Source: Octopus bimaculoides (Eukaryota). Taken from it: a stretch of 64,000 nucleotides of DNA. Every line of letters starts with the position of its first letter. The stretch's first letter is position 1. The stretch is from NCBI RefSeq assembly GCF_001194135.2, contig NC_068994.1, positions 56,419,821 through 56,483,820 on the forward strand, written 5' to 3'. The translations under genes were made by a program, and so were the position numbers. Positions 1-12,792 of this stretch are shown here, in pieces. The notes below the pieces were generated by a model that was not told the origin of the DNA, made no database searches, and saw nothing but the letters and a program-made list of their open reading frames with translations.

Positions 1-9
1 ATTCTATGC

Positions 10-55
10 AAAACTGTCTGACGAACAGGAACGTGAAACTCTGAGTAACAGTTTT
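10..55 (+). ncRNA. Minimal type I hammerhead ribozyme motif (Penelope-like/retrozyme type), intact core
   Basis: AAAACTGT(10-17)-CTGACGA(18-24)-AC aggaac GT(25-34)-GAAA(35-38)-CT ctg AG(39-45)-TA(46-47)-ACAGTTTT(48-55). Perfect 8-bp helix I, all conserved core nucleotides (C3 U4 G5 A6 N7 G8 A9, G12 A13 A14 A15.1, U16.1 H17), GUA cleavage triplet, short near-palindromic helix III (ACTC-T-GAGT). Helix II is only 2 bp. Confidence 0.7.
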
Positions 56-93
56 TGTGATTTTTTGCTGTTTTTTAATAGAGGGAGGAAGAA

Positions 94-176
<83 letters not shown>

Positions 177-177
177 G

Positions 178-292
178 AACGGGCTTCTTTCAGTTTCCGT
201 CCATGAAATCTACTCGTAAGTCTTTGGTCGGCCCGAGGCTGTAGTGATAGCCCAAGGTGCTACGCAGTGAGACTGAACCCGGAACCAACACG
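178..292 (-). mobile_element. SINE family B, 5' half
   Basis: Reverse complement of ggttccgggttcagtctcactgcgtagcaccttgggc...gggccgaccaaagac...ggaaactgaaagaagcccg. Confidence 0.8.
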
Positions 293-716
293 GATTTTCT
301 TTTTCTTTCAGACATTGTGTACCTAGGATTACAATATCCAATGTGCAGTGGTCTATTTTTTTGTTGTTGGGGACAACAGATTGTGAGTAAGGATTTGACA
401 GAAATTTATTTGGCTGTTGTTACTAGCAGATGTAAAGACTTGAAAGAGTTGGCCACGTTCGCTCGTCAAATAGAGAGGTTATGGAAGGAGGAAGGAAGAG
501 GAGAAGGGGGGGGGGCGGAGGTAAATTATAAAATAAAACAGGAACAATAAAAACAAAACAAGAACGACGACAATAGGTGAACCAGTAAAAAACCTACCTG
601 GAGAACTTTACTGGTTTCTCATTGCGTTTGGACAGAAGTGAGAGGAAGATAAGAAACACGAACCGGAAGACACGCACACACACACTTTCACACACAACTG
701 CACGACTATCTTATTG

Positions 717-756
<40 letters not shown>

Positions 757-1070
757 TCAGACACTCACAAATGCACGACTATTTTATTGCTTCACGTACA
801 CGCACTCACACACACGTACTTACAGGCCCACATACACACACTTACACATACTCACAACTACACGATTATCGTATTGTTTCACACACACACACACACACAC
901 ACCCTTTCACTCTCTCTCCCTCTCTCACGTTCCATTCTCTCCTATCTTACTCTCTCTTTCTCTCAGTCTCTCTTTTACTCTCCTCTCTTTCCTTTTCTTC
1001 TCTCTTGTCTCGCTCTTCTCATCACACACTTCCAAAATACACTCATTCACTCTCTCATTCTTTCATTATC

Positions 1071-1112
<42 letters not shown>

Positions 1113-1562
1113 CTATCTATCTCTATCTATCTGTCTCTTTCTCTCACAGTTTCCTCTCTGCCACCCTCTCTCTCTCATCTACAACCTTGCCTCTTTCTCC
1201 CCCCCCCTCTCTCTCTCTCTTTCCCACATATACCTTTAATCAGAAGCGCAAACAGAAGATTACACCCCTCCACGCCGTCACCTCATACCCACCGCCAACC
1301 CAACACCTTTATTTGACTAACAAGGAATTCGCGGTGTCGGATATTGTTTGTTCAAGATACTGCGTGTGGCTTGCTGTAGAATAATAGGGATACTGGGGTG
1401 GAAGTGGATGGGTGTAGGGGTTGGGTTAATACCGAAGTGTCGCGGCCGCCAAGAACAGGGTGTGTCGGCACTCATGCTGTGAACTTTGTGAACGTGTATG
1501 CTTGTGTATGTCAGTCTATCTATTCATCTATCTATCTATCTATCTGCTTCAGACATTAGATT

Positions 1563-1938
1563 TCGGCCATGCTGGGACACTTTAATTGAAGAATATCTTT
1601 AGTCGAATGAAGTGATCCCAGTACTCATTAGTTCCAGCAACTTAGCAGTTCATCAAAACAGACCGACAGAGCAAGTACCCGGCTTAAAAACAAAAAATCA
1701 GAATTCTAGTTGAACGAATCGATCCTAGGGTCGATTCGGTTAATTAGGATTCTCTGAGGTGGTACCCCAGTATGGCCGCAGCCTAATGAGTGAAACAAGC
1801 AAAATAATGACGTGTGTGTGTGCGTGTGTGTGCGCGGGTGTGTATGTGTATATGTACATATTTATGTATGTAAATATAATATATATCTGAAGACACTTGC
1901 TCAAGTTGATGCGCAGTGGGACTGAACCTGGAACCATA
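1563..1938. mobile_element. Three SINE family B fragments (tail -, tail +, head -)
   Basis: ggccatgctggg (1564-1575, - tail); gtggtaccccagtatggccgcagcc (about 1759-1783, + tail); gaagacacttgctcaag...gtgggactgaacctggaacc (1889-1935, - head). Confidence 0.7.
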
Positions 1939-1941
1939 TGT

Positions 1942-2038
1942 AATAGTCCCTACGTACGTTTCACCATTACAGTTATTTGCAGCCCCTACAATAACTGTTC
2001 CAAATGTTCAAACACAACGGATCGTCAGGAAATATTTT
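1942..2038 (-). ncRNA. Minimal type I hammerhead ribozyme motif with long (59 nt) helix II insert
   Basis: Minus strand: aaaatatttc-CTGACGA-[59 nt, containing a 9-bp hairpin acagttatt/aataactgt]-GAAA-C-GTAC-G-TA-gggactatt. Palindromic GTAC loop III and GUA triplet. Helix I is ~8 bp with two G-U pairs and one bulge. Helix II base ccgtt/aatgg, with a U-U mismatch at 10.1/11.1. Confidence 0.65.
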
Positions 2039-2286
2039 ATTTTATTAAGTTATAGATAACAATATCCAATATATATATATATGAGAAAGAGGAAAATTTC
2101 CCATTGGTGCCTCTGGATGAAGAGCAAACAGTTAAATGCAAGCTACCAAACTTAATGCGATGAATCGTTTCTCTAATGGTTTAAGAGACAATAAACTGTA
2201 TTTTCATTTCATTTATTCCTATATTCCTACAACCCCTCTATATCGTTTTGTATATTTGTTTTTATATGTTGTTTATTCACTATTGT

Positions 2287-2370
<84 letters not shown>

Positions 2371-2891
2371 CAACACCATGGTCACGACCACTGCTGCCGC
2401 TGCTAAACGAAAGTCAACAGAACTTTAATACAAATACACAAGTTTTGCTCAATTATTGTGGAAGGGCAGCAAATATTTGAGTTTATTAGTTCTGTAAATC
2501 TGTATAATCTACGTTCTTTTACATTTCGCTTTCTTTCCTCGTGTGTGTGTGTGTGTATTTATTTATCTGTCTCTCAATTTCTGTAGCTTTTTGTTACGAG
2601 CTTAACAAAATAAGAGTTGAACAACAAAAGACATTTTGTTAAGAACTCTCGCAGTTCCATAACGAGACTCTCGCTTATTCTACGAAAAGTCACGCACACC
2701 TACTTCAGAACAACAAACACAAACACACACACAAGTACACACATAAACACACAACTGCACACGCACCCAGAAACACACATCCAAAGCTGACGAGACTTGT
2801 TTCATTATCCAGACAAGCTTTCTATTTTTTTTTTGATCCTGATGTATATTTTGTTAACAGATTCCTACACACACAGTAAATATATTGATTT

Positions 2892-2932
<41 letters not shown>

Positions 2933-3074
2933 GAAATGTTTTGTCTTCGTTAGTGTATTTAACTACCTCTGAATTGTATGTACGGCACCGTTCTAAAGGA
3001 ATACAAAGTGTGAACAAGAATAGACGTTAAGTAGAACAAACGGACGAGCGGAGGGGAGACTTGCAGCTCTGTAC

Positions 3075-3231
3075 CTGAGCGGGAGAGGGAGAAATCTCTG
3101 CCAGCTGGCGTCGTGTGACGATGTCAGGGATCGGCTTCAGAGCCCCAGATTGAGAGAAATTGGGACGAAGCTAATATGCAAATAAGCCGATGTGAAGCTT
3201 CCTCTGGGAGTCGGACGGAGGTGACAAACGC
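3075..3231 (-). other. Candidate 157-nt non-coding/UTR exon in a GC-rich unique island
   Basis: Acceptor tattgttttgcag|G and donor CAG|gtacag; stop codons in all three frames. Confidence 0.22.
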
Positions 3232-3315
3232 CTGCAAAACAATACCCGGCATAACCTGTTTTTTTTTTTAGCATGAGAGTACCTTATGCTCCGTTGAGCA
3301 ACTCCAGTAGTATGC

Positions 3316-3376
<61 letters not shown>

Positions 3377-3792
3377 ACTGTATCGACTATTGCATAGACG
3401 ATCCGATATTGCCCTACATACACTAGCGTAGCTACAGTGTGTGGTGTCCCTGGATCCCACAAAATCAAAACACGTATTGCCTACAACAGACCCACAAGTG
3501 GTGCCCCTTTAAAAGTGCCGCTCGGGATGGCCGCCCCTAACTACGCTAGTGCCCACACCACTAGCCACAACGCGCTTTCTCGCTTTGTTTTACTTTTCGA
3601 ATCATGCCACCCCGCTAGCGAAGCGGGTAGGTCAACATCCCACTGAACAGAACGCTAGTCCATTGCAGGTGTTTCCCATTTATAACTGAGAGGATTGAAG
3701 CAACGTGAAACGAAATGTTATGCTCAAAAGCGCAACGCAACCACAGGTCTCCATCGCAACACCATATGCACTTGGCTACGCGCCTTCACATG

Positions 3793-3836
<44 letters not shown>

Positions 3837-4212
3837 NNNNNNNNNNNNNNNNNNNNNNNNNNNNNNNNNNNNNNNNNNNNNNNNNNNNNNNNNNNNNNNN
3901 NNNNNNNNNNNNNNNNNNNNNNNNNNNNNNNNNNNNNNNNNNNNNNNNNNNNNNNNNNNNNNNNNNNNNNNNNNNNNNNNNNNNNNNNNNNNNNNNNNNN
4001 NNNNNNNNNNNNNNNNNNNNNNNNNNNNNNNNNNNNNNNNNNNNNNNNNNNNNNNNNNNNNNNNNNNNNNNNNNNNNNNNNNNNNNNNNNNNNNNNNNNN
4101 NNNNNNNNNNNNNNNNNNNNNNNNNNNNNNNNNNNNNNNNNNNNNNNNNNNNNNNNNNNNTGAAAGCAATGCAATAACAAAAAGAAATAATAAATTCTAC
4201 TGCAAAAAAAAT

Positions 4213-4328
<116 letters not shown>

Positions 4329-4708
4329 TAGATATAAGCACATCCATATATAATATTAGGTTTATATTCCATATGGAAATAGGTGCAAGATTGGTGCAGC
4401 GTATGTGAACCATTTAGTTTTTGAGTTGAATTTATCAATGACAAAAATCTATTGGTGGTTGGTAGGGAAGATATTTATGGAGGCATGCCTTGTTGCACAA
4501 GAATCTCATTTGTGTTCACTCTGTCGAGAAACTGCATGTAAATATATTGAACGTTATGCGCATATTTCAGCAGACATGTGCATATGTGCACATCTCCTTT
4601 TGTGCGTTTCAAGCGAAAATGAAAAGAGGCTTTTGGTTCGCTCAGTAATAAACATATATAGATGTGTGCTTATATGCATGTATGTATATTTTCATATATA
4701 TAACACTC

Positions 4709-4750
<42 letters not shown>

Positions 4751-5451
4751 NNNNNNNNNNATATATATATATACATACATGAATTATGTCTATTGTGTAT
4801 GATGTATGTATATATGTACAAAAAATCGCCGAATGAATGCATTTTTGCATATATATGTGCATAAATATATGAATATATATGAGTATTTAGACAAATGCAA
4901 ATATATATGGATGTTTGAGTATGTAATGTACGCGCGCACGCATACACACAAAAAAACGCGCTCGCGTATATATGTGTAAATCGGTGTGCTTATGAATAGA
5001 TAGATGTTGAAATGTGTCAGTTTATATATACGATTCCTATTGTGAATGTGTAGTTAAGAATTTCGATTTGTGACCAGTTAGGCATTCTGAGTTCGATTCC
5101 ACCGTACAGCACTTTGGAAAACGATAATGTTCTATCGCCAAAGATTGATCCAATATCTTGTGATTGGAACTTGGTAACCGGAGACTGTACAGAAACCGGT
5201 CGCGAGCACACACACACACACACACACACATACATACATACATACATACATACATACATGCATGCATGCATGCATGCAATACGAGATGGCGCATCGTGTG
5301 TATACATTACCATTGATTTCATGGTCTATCTTTTGAAGCCCTGGTTTATATGGCGTAGAACGCCGCATATAAATGAGAAATATTTGGAAATATTTCTCAG
5401 TTTTATATAACATAGATATAAGCATTTGCTGGAAAACAATTCCCCTTATAA

Positions 5452-5700
5452 ATAGCGCGCTGGGCGAATTGCTTAGAGGTATTTCGTCTGCTACTATATT
5501 CTGAGTTCAAATTCTGCCGACGTCAACTTTGCCTTTCAGCCTTCCGGGTTCGATAAATTAAATACCAGTTGAACGCTACTGGGGTTGATGTAATCGACAC
5601 ATCCCCTCCCCCAAAATGGCTGCGCTTGCGGCAAAATTTGAAACCATTAGTAATAGCACGCCCGGGCGAAATGCTTAGCGGTATTTCATCCGTCTGCTAC
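5452..5700 (+). mobile_element. SINE family A copy plus a partial second head
   Basis: Matches the family A consensus seen in this window (cgggcgaaatgcttagcggtatttcgtc...ctgagttcaaattccgccgaggtcgactttgcctttcatcc...ctggggtcgatgtaatcgac); B-box-like GAGTTCAAATTC. Confidence 0.85.
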
Positions 5701-5733
5701 AAAAAAAAAAAAAAAAATCCAGATATTAGGAAT

Positions 5734-6138
5734 AGGCGTGGCTGTATGGTAAGAAGTTTGGTTACTACACAACTTGTTTCGGGTTCAGTCCCACTCTGTG
5801 GCACCTTGGACAAGTGTCTTCTATTATAGCCACGGGATTGACCAAAGCTCTGTGGATGGATTTGGCAGACAGAAACCGAAAGATATGTGCGTGCATGCGT
5901 GTGTGCGCGCGTTGCTGTGTGTGTGTGCGGTGTTAGCATGTTTACGTCCCTGTAAATTAGCGATTCGCCAAAAGTAGCCGATAGAATCAATACCAAGCTT
6001 TAAAAAAATAATAATAAAATAAAATTTAAAAGATATATATATATATAAGTACTGGAGTCGAATCATTCAACTAAAAGTTCTTCAAGCGGTGCCCCAGCAT
6101 GGCCGCAGTCAGCTGACTGTAGCAAGTAGGAGAATAAA
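5734..6138 (+). mobile_element. SINE family B (tRNA-like head plus CORE-like domain), full length with internal (TG)n
   Basis: Head ggcgtggctgtatggtaagaag...gggttcagtcccactctgtggcaccttggacaagtgtcttc (A/B-box-like, CORE-like cttggrcaagt). Body tttacgtccctgtaaattagcgattcgccaaaag..ccgatagaat. Tail gcggtgccccagcatggccgcagtc. Confidence 0.85.
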
Positions 6139-6154
6139 GGATATTCGACAAGCA

Positions 6155-6605
6155 ACGCGGGAGAGCTCAATCAATGTAGTCTCTCGATCCGCTACAAATA
6201 AAAACTGAATCTCTCTCTTAACACACTGTGCCGTCTTAAGAAAAATCCACACCCATTGGACATTTTAGTTACACATATATAAACAGACATCGGAATCCTT
6301 TGATTGTGGCGCTAATATTGAGGTCAATGCACAACAACCCACTTCATTGCTGACGACGTGAGAACGTTGTTGTTGGACGTGGTAAAAAATAACAGCCAAA
6401 GGCCAAATTTTTGGGGGGAAATATATATATATATATATTCTATCGTCTTGCAAACAATAAAAGGAAAGGCAGACATATTGGGCAATATGATTGCAAATCT
6501 ACAAAGAGACGGGTATAAGACTGTGGCAGGAATGTCTTTGATCGTGGGACTGTTCAACGAAAGCTGATCTAGAGCTAAACAACTCAAAACAAGAACAACA
6601 ACAGC
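6155..6605 (+). mobile_element. Old interspersed repeat family D ending in an (AAC)n-like tail
   Basis: Two modules (…aaatctccctcaaatcacac… / …ggaatgcctttgatc…ctaaacaacaac) recur in degraded form at about 370-470, 18890-18915, 32600-32680, 42735-43300, 45905-46100, 46480-46520, 49060-49210 and 51325-51420. Confidence 0.55.
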
Positions 6606-8000
6606 AGTAGCAATAATAACAACAAAAACAACAATATGTTCTGTAAATGTAGAAAGCTGTCTTTGGCAAGATACAACAGGCAGTTCTAAGAAAACAAATA
6701 GGTCGCCATTGTTGTTGTTGGTCTGGTGGTGGTGTTTTCTTTTTCTTTCTTTCTTTCTATCTTCATTTCTTTCTATCTTTCTGTCTTTCTTTCTTTGGAT
6801 AGTTTTAATGAATCTGGGAATTCCTAGGAAACCTGAACACCCAAAATCTCTGATTCGAATCCACAGAGAAAGTCTTTTATANNNNNNNNNNNNNNNNNNN
6901 NNNNNNNNNNNNNNNNNNNNNNNNNNNNNNNNNNNNNNNNNNNNNNNNNNNNNNNNNNNNNNNNNNNNNNNNNNNNNNNNNNNNNNNNNNNNNNNNNNNN
7001 NNNNNNNNNNNNNNNNNNNNNNNNNNNNNNNNNNNNNNNNNNNNNNNNNNNNNNNNNNNNNNNNNNNNNNNNNNNNNNNNNNNNNNNNNNNNNNNNNNNN
7101 NNNNNNNNNNNNNNNNNNNNNNNNNNNNNNNNNNNNNNNNNNNNNNNNNNNNNNNNNNNNNNNNNNNNNNNNNNNNNNNNNNNNNNNNNNNNNNNNNNNN
7201 NNNNNNNNNNNNNNNNNNNNNNNNNNNNNNNNNNNNNNNNNNNNNNNNNNNNNNNNNNNNNNNNNNNNNNNNNNNNNNNNNNNNNNNNNNNNNNNNNNNN
7301 NNNNNNNNNNNNNNNNNNNNNNNNNNNNNNNNNNNNNNNNNNNNNNNNNNNNNNNNNNNNNNNNNNNNNNNNNNNNNNNNNNNNNNNNNNNNNNNNNNNN
7401 NNNNNNNNNNNNNNNNNNNNNNNNNNNNNNNNNNNNNNNNNNNNNNNNNNNNNNNNNNNNNNNNNNNNNNNNNNNNNNNNNNNNNNNNNNNNNNNNNNNN
7501 NNNNNNNNNNNNNNNNNNNNNNNNNNNNNNNNNNNNNNNNNNNNNNNNNNNNNNNNNNNNNNNNNNNNNNNNNNNNNNNNNNNNNNNNNNNNNNNNNNNN
7601 NNNNNNNNNNNNNNNNNNNNNNNNNNNNNNNNNNNNNNNNNNNNNNNNNNNNNNNNNNNNNNNNNNNNNNNNNNNNNNNNNNNNNNNNNNNNNNNNNNNN
7701 NNNNNNNNNNNNNNNNNNNNNNNNNNNNNNNNNNNNNNNNNNNNNNNNNNNNNNNNNNNNNNNNNNNNNNNNNNNNNNNNNNNNNNNNNNNNNNNNNNNN
7801 NNNNNNNNNNNNNNNNNNNNNNNNNNNNNNNNNNNNNNNNNNNNNNNNNACACACAAACACATTTGGAGACTTCTGGAGACATATTTAGTGCGAGTGATT
7901 TAGAGCAGGCGGAGGTATGCGCCTGAAAGACGACGGATAACACTAAACTAAGAGAGAGAGGGAGAGAGAAAGAGAGAGATAGAGAGAGAGAGAGAGAGAT

Positions 8001-8040
<40 letters not shown>

Positions 8041-8448
8041 AGAGAATTATATATATATATATATATACATATGTATTTGTGTGTGTATTTGTGTTATATA
8101 TAGATCTATATATACGTAAGTTATATGTATATATATGTTATAGATAGATAGATAGATAGATAGCAAGGGAGAGAGGGAAAAGGGGCGGAAAGAGAGACGA
8201 AGAGTTAAATAAAAAAAGGGGATAGTAATGAGAATAATAGGTTAAAAGAAAATAAAGTTAATAAGTCAGTGGGAGGGAAAAAATCAAAGAATACCTTAAA
8301 AAAATAAAAAAGGAATAAATAACAATGAAAAACAATATCAAAAACAATTAGAAAATACGACCTCCTCTGCAGAAAAACCGAAGAAAAAACTCGAAAACGA
8401 AAAACTACAAGAAAAAAATCGAACATCATTCGAAATGGGAGACATCTC

Positions 8449-8460
8449 CAAAATGGCGGC
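8449..8460 (+). promoter_or_regulatory. YY1/Pho-type motif CAAAATGGCGGC
   Basis: Match to the AANATGGCG(GC) consensus; the same 10-mer recurs at 28551, 37383 and 52026. Confidence 0.35.
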
Positions 8461-8595
8461 CAAGAGTGAACTGATAATCGCATGGAACAGTAAATAGCAA
8501 ATGTCTGTTCCAATTCTGTGTCTTTGAAACGAGTTTAGCAATGCCATTTGCCACGTTCGGCTGTACTTCTATTTCCTCTGTCGTCCTGCTTTCAG

Positions 8596-8630
8596 GTTAT
8601 TTGATGGCGATGGCGATGGTCGTCGTCGTG
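8596..8630 (+). other. Candidate 35-nt exon
   Basis: Long polypyrimidine tract ending ctgctttcag| and donor GTG|gtaagt. Open in two frames (LFDGDGDGRRR or YLMAMAMVVVV). Confidence 0.3.
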
Positions 8631-8714
8631 GTAAGTGCACAAGCATTCACGCATGGAAGACCTACATTGGTGTGTGTTTACTTACATACATGCATGCATG
8701 AGTATATGTATAAT

Positions 8715-8769
<55 letters not shown>

Positions 8770-9305
8770 NNNNNNNNNNNNNNNNNNNNNNNNNNNNNNN
8801 NNNNNNNNNNNNNNNNNNNNNNNNNNNNNNNNNNNNNNNNNNNNNNNNNNNNNNNNNNNNNNNNNNNNNNNNNNNNNNNNNNNNNNNNNNNNNNNNNNNN
8901 NNNNNNNNNNNNNNNNNNNNNNNNNNNNNNNNNNNNNNNNNNNNNNNNNNNNNNNNNNNNNNNNNNNNNNNNNNNNNNNNNNNNNNNNNNNNNNNNNNNN
9001 NNNNNNNNNNNNNNNNNNNNNNNNNNNNNNNNNNNNNNNNNNNNNNNNNNNNNNNNNNNNNNNNNNNNNNNNNNNNNNNNNNNNNNNNNNNNNNNNNNNN
9101 NNNNNNNNNNNNNNNNNNNNNNNNNNNNNNNNNNNNNNNNNNNNNNNNNNNNNNNNNNNNNNNNNNNNNNNNNNNNNNNNNNNNNNNNNNNNNNNNNNNN
9201 NNNNNNNNNNNNNNNNNNNNNNNNNNNNNNNNNNNNNNNNATATATATATATATATATATATATACATTCTATATATATATATACATATATATATGTATC
9301 CATTT

Positions 9306-9436
9306 AAGCGACCCCAGGACTGAATCTTTGTGAGCCTAGTATTTATTCTATCGGTCCGTTTTGCCGAACCGCTAAGTTACGGGGACGTAAACACACCAAC
9401 ATCGGTTGTCAAGCGATGTTGGGGGGACAAACACAG
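9306..9436 (-). mobile_element. SINE family B, body
   Basis: tattctatcggtccgttttgccgaaccgctaagttacggggacgtaaacacaccaacatcggttgtcaagcgatg, also present at 43420-43505. Confidence 0.85.
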
Positions 9437-11051
9437 AAGAGTGTGTGTGTGTGTATGCATTTACATACACACACGAACACACACATATATATATATATGT
9501 ATGTATGTATGTATGTATTATGTATGTACATGTGCCTGTGTGGGGGGGTGTATATACACACACATGCGCACACCTACTCTGACCCCAGCTAATGCCTGAA
9601 ACTAATAAATGTGAGAGGAAAGTAACAGAGCACGAACGTGTGTGCGTGTGTGTGCGTGCGTGTGCGTGTGTGTGTGTGTGAGTGTGTGTGCTTGATTGCA
9701 AATGTGTTTGTATGACACATGGTGTATTTTCGCTGGTGTGAGATGAATCAGACAGTGTTGAAATGAAATAAGAGACTGTCGTTGATTATAGATATTACGA
9801 AGCTAAATGTACATTCCTGAGCAGGACGACAAACAGCCATGAGACGCACCAAAAATAAAAGAAAGGACAACAACAAATAAAAACAAAGAAACGGGGAAAC
9901 ACAGGACGACAAACAAGCTTCGTGTAACATATCCAAAAACAATTGAGATACGAGTTAAGAATTGCCCATCGAAGTGGTTGTTGATAATGCTAAACACAAC
10001 ACTCGAAGTGCCCTTCAAATCACACCCTTCAGTCATGTTATCATTTTAACGGAAAAGACAATCAAAATTTGGTCAATGTTCTGGAATGTGTACATGTGTG
10101 TGTGTGTGTGTGTGTGTGTGAGTGAAGAAGAGAGAAGGGGTGAATGTGCGCGTGTGAGTGTATATTTGGCTGTGGGAAGCTAGTGAAACACAATGTCACA
10201 CACACAATCATGACCTGACGTCATAGACTCTTACCGAAAGCATACCAAAATTTGTTCTTTTCCTTGATATTATGCACTACTGTTGTAGCTTCCCATCTGA
10301 GTTAAATATAATTCCGAAGTTAATGTTGCAAGTTGGGATGATTTATATTCTGGTTGTTAATTAAGTATCTAATTAAAACTAATTATGTGTGTTTTGGTAA
10401 TTTTATGCCACAACACATCATTGGTCTCAAAATGAAACACGTCCTTTCATTTATGAAAATGTAATTTGTCAGCCATGTGGAACTATCTTACATCCTAAAT
10501 ATACATGCATACTTATGTACATACATACATACATACATATACACACACATGCACATATATCTGTAACGTACATTTTATATATATACACGCATATACATAT
10601 ATACACACACATACACATGTATATATGCATGTATTGTGCAGGAAATGAACATAAAATAGGAAAATTAACGCAGGAGGATAGTTTTGACAAATATCGTTTT
10701 ATTTTAACGCTTAAAAAGGGAGAAAACTATTTAACGTTTCGGAGTGTCGTCTTTCATCGTAAAATAAAATTAGGAGAAAAAATAAAAGAGAGATGTTAAA
10801 AACGAAAAGTGGTTGGAACGAAAAGCTGAAAAACGGGCGCGGGTTTAGGGGCCAGGTAGGAATATGGTTTTCAGCTAGAAATATGGGAATTTAAGAAGAA
10901 ACAAAAGGGTTTGTGTGTGTGAGTGTGTGTGTGTGTGTGTGTGATTTTGTGATGTGTATGCATGTAGAGGTGTGCAATTACAAAATCAGAGTAGGTTAGC
11001 GGTAGTATGGTTGTTGGTGTGTGTGTGTTTCTAAATATGTATATGTACACG

Positions 11052-11092
<41 letters not shown>

Positions 11093-11397
11093 GCACGCGT
11101 GTTCATATACATACACAAATATGTTTTATATATATACAAAGCGCGAGAGCATAATGGATGAAAGGAGAGATAAGCACGCACGTAAAGAAGGTGCCGAAGT
11201 TTGTGTTTCTGTTATGGAGGCTTGTATGTGTGAATGTTTATGTTTGCTTAGGTGGCTTTCATCTATTTCTGCAAGGATTTGACATTGAGGAACACCATTT
11301 TGTGAACATCGGTTTAGTAATAGTAGCAGTAGTAGCATTATCATTATTATTATTATTATTAGTAGTAGTAGTAGTAGTAGTGGCAGATGTAAAAAGA

Positions 11398-11505
11398 ATG
11401 AAACCAGTCAACCTCGGCAGAATTCGAACTCAGAAAGTGCAAACAAGCGAAATATAGCTAAATATTTTGTCCGGTGCGCTAACGATTCTGCCAGCTCGCA
11501 GCCTT
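11398..11505 (-). mobile_element. SINE family A, 5' part, diverged
   Basis: Reverse complement of the aaggc..gagctggcagaatcgttagcgc head through ctgagttcgaattctgccgaggttgac. Confidence 0.75.
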
Positions 11506-11559
11506 AACAACAACAACAACAACAGCAACAATAATAATAATAATAATGATGAACTCCCC

Positions 11560-11604
<45 letters not shown>

Positions 11605-12080
11605 TTAATAATAATAATAATAATAACATCAACAATAAAGTAAATATTTATTTTATTTTTGTTGTTGCTTTTTCTTGTAATCGTTCATTTGTGACTTCGG
11701 TGCTTCCCGCGGAATGACTTGGAATAGAAACAGGAGGAAGTGCCGGGAGGCAATTGTCGGTGGTGGTGGTCTTGGAGGTGGAATAAGGGTATGAGGGAAA
11801 TGGTACGTGCTGGGTGGATCGTAAGTTATGACGTGGTGAGGAGGGAGAGTGGGGTGCAAGTCGATGATCAATGGCTGATAGAAGGAACTAAGATAAAAAT
11901 ACGCGAAAGAATATACAAAGAAACAAAACAAAAATAAAATTACCAAAATAAAAACCGAAATCGGAACGTGACATTTGAAAAGATTACCATTTGTTTGTAG
12001 GGGTTGTTGGATACATATATATATATTTCGGGGAAGGGTCCTGGTGTTTGTGTGTGTGTGTGGGAGCGCGCGTGTCTGTA

Positions 12081-12120
<40 letters not shown>

Positions 12121-12159
12121 TCGGTATGCATGCATATATATTCTTAACTGTGAGTGTGT

Positions 12160-12321
12160 ATATATATATATATATATGAATATATGTACGCGGATGTATA
12201 TATATGTCTATATATATATAAAAAAATATGTCTATGTATGCCAGTATGTGCGTGTATATGTATGTATGTATATATTCGTATGTATACATGTATGTGTGTG
12301 TATATGTAGATACTTAAACTT

Positions 12322-12354
<33 letters not shown>

Positions 12355-12556
12355 TATACATATGTAGAACATGCATTTTTGTGTGATTGCAAGCACACAA
12401 ATGTGTGTATGTTACACACACATACACACACACACACACGCACAAGCACACACATACATTTCTATATATATATATATATTTATATATATATGTGTGATTT
12501 GTGAGTTTGCATACACACACACACATATATATATACATGCACACAAATATATATAT

Positions 12557-12589
<33 letters not shown>

Positions 12590-12759
12590 NNNNNNNNNNA
12601 TATATATATATATATGAATATATGTACGCGGATGTATATATATGTCTATATATATATAAAAAAATATGTCTATGTATGCCAGTATGTGCGTGTATATGTA
12701 TGTATGTATATATTCGTATGTATACATGTATGTGTGTGTATATGTAGATACTTAAACTT

Positions 12760-12792
<33 letters not shown>

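Noticed and set aside
8469-8535. Hairpin TGGAACAG/CTGTTCCA as a pre-miRNA or hammerhead relic
   Set aside because: Only an 8-bp stem, no conserved miRNA that I recognise, and the hammerhead core (CTGATAA) and helix I do not fit.
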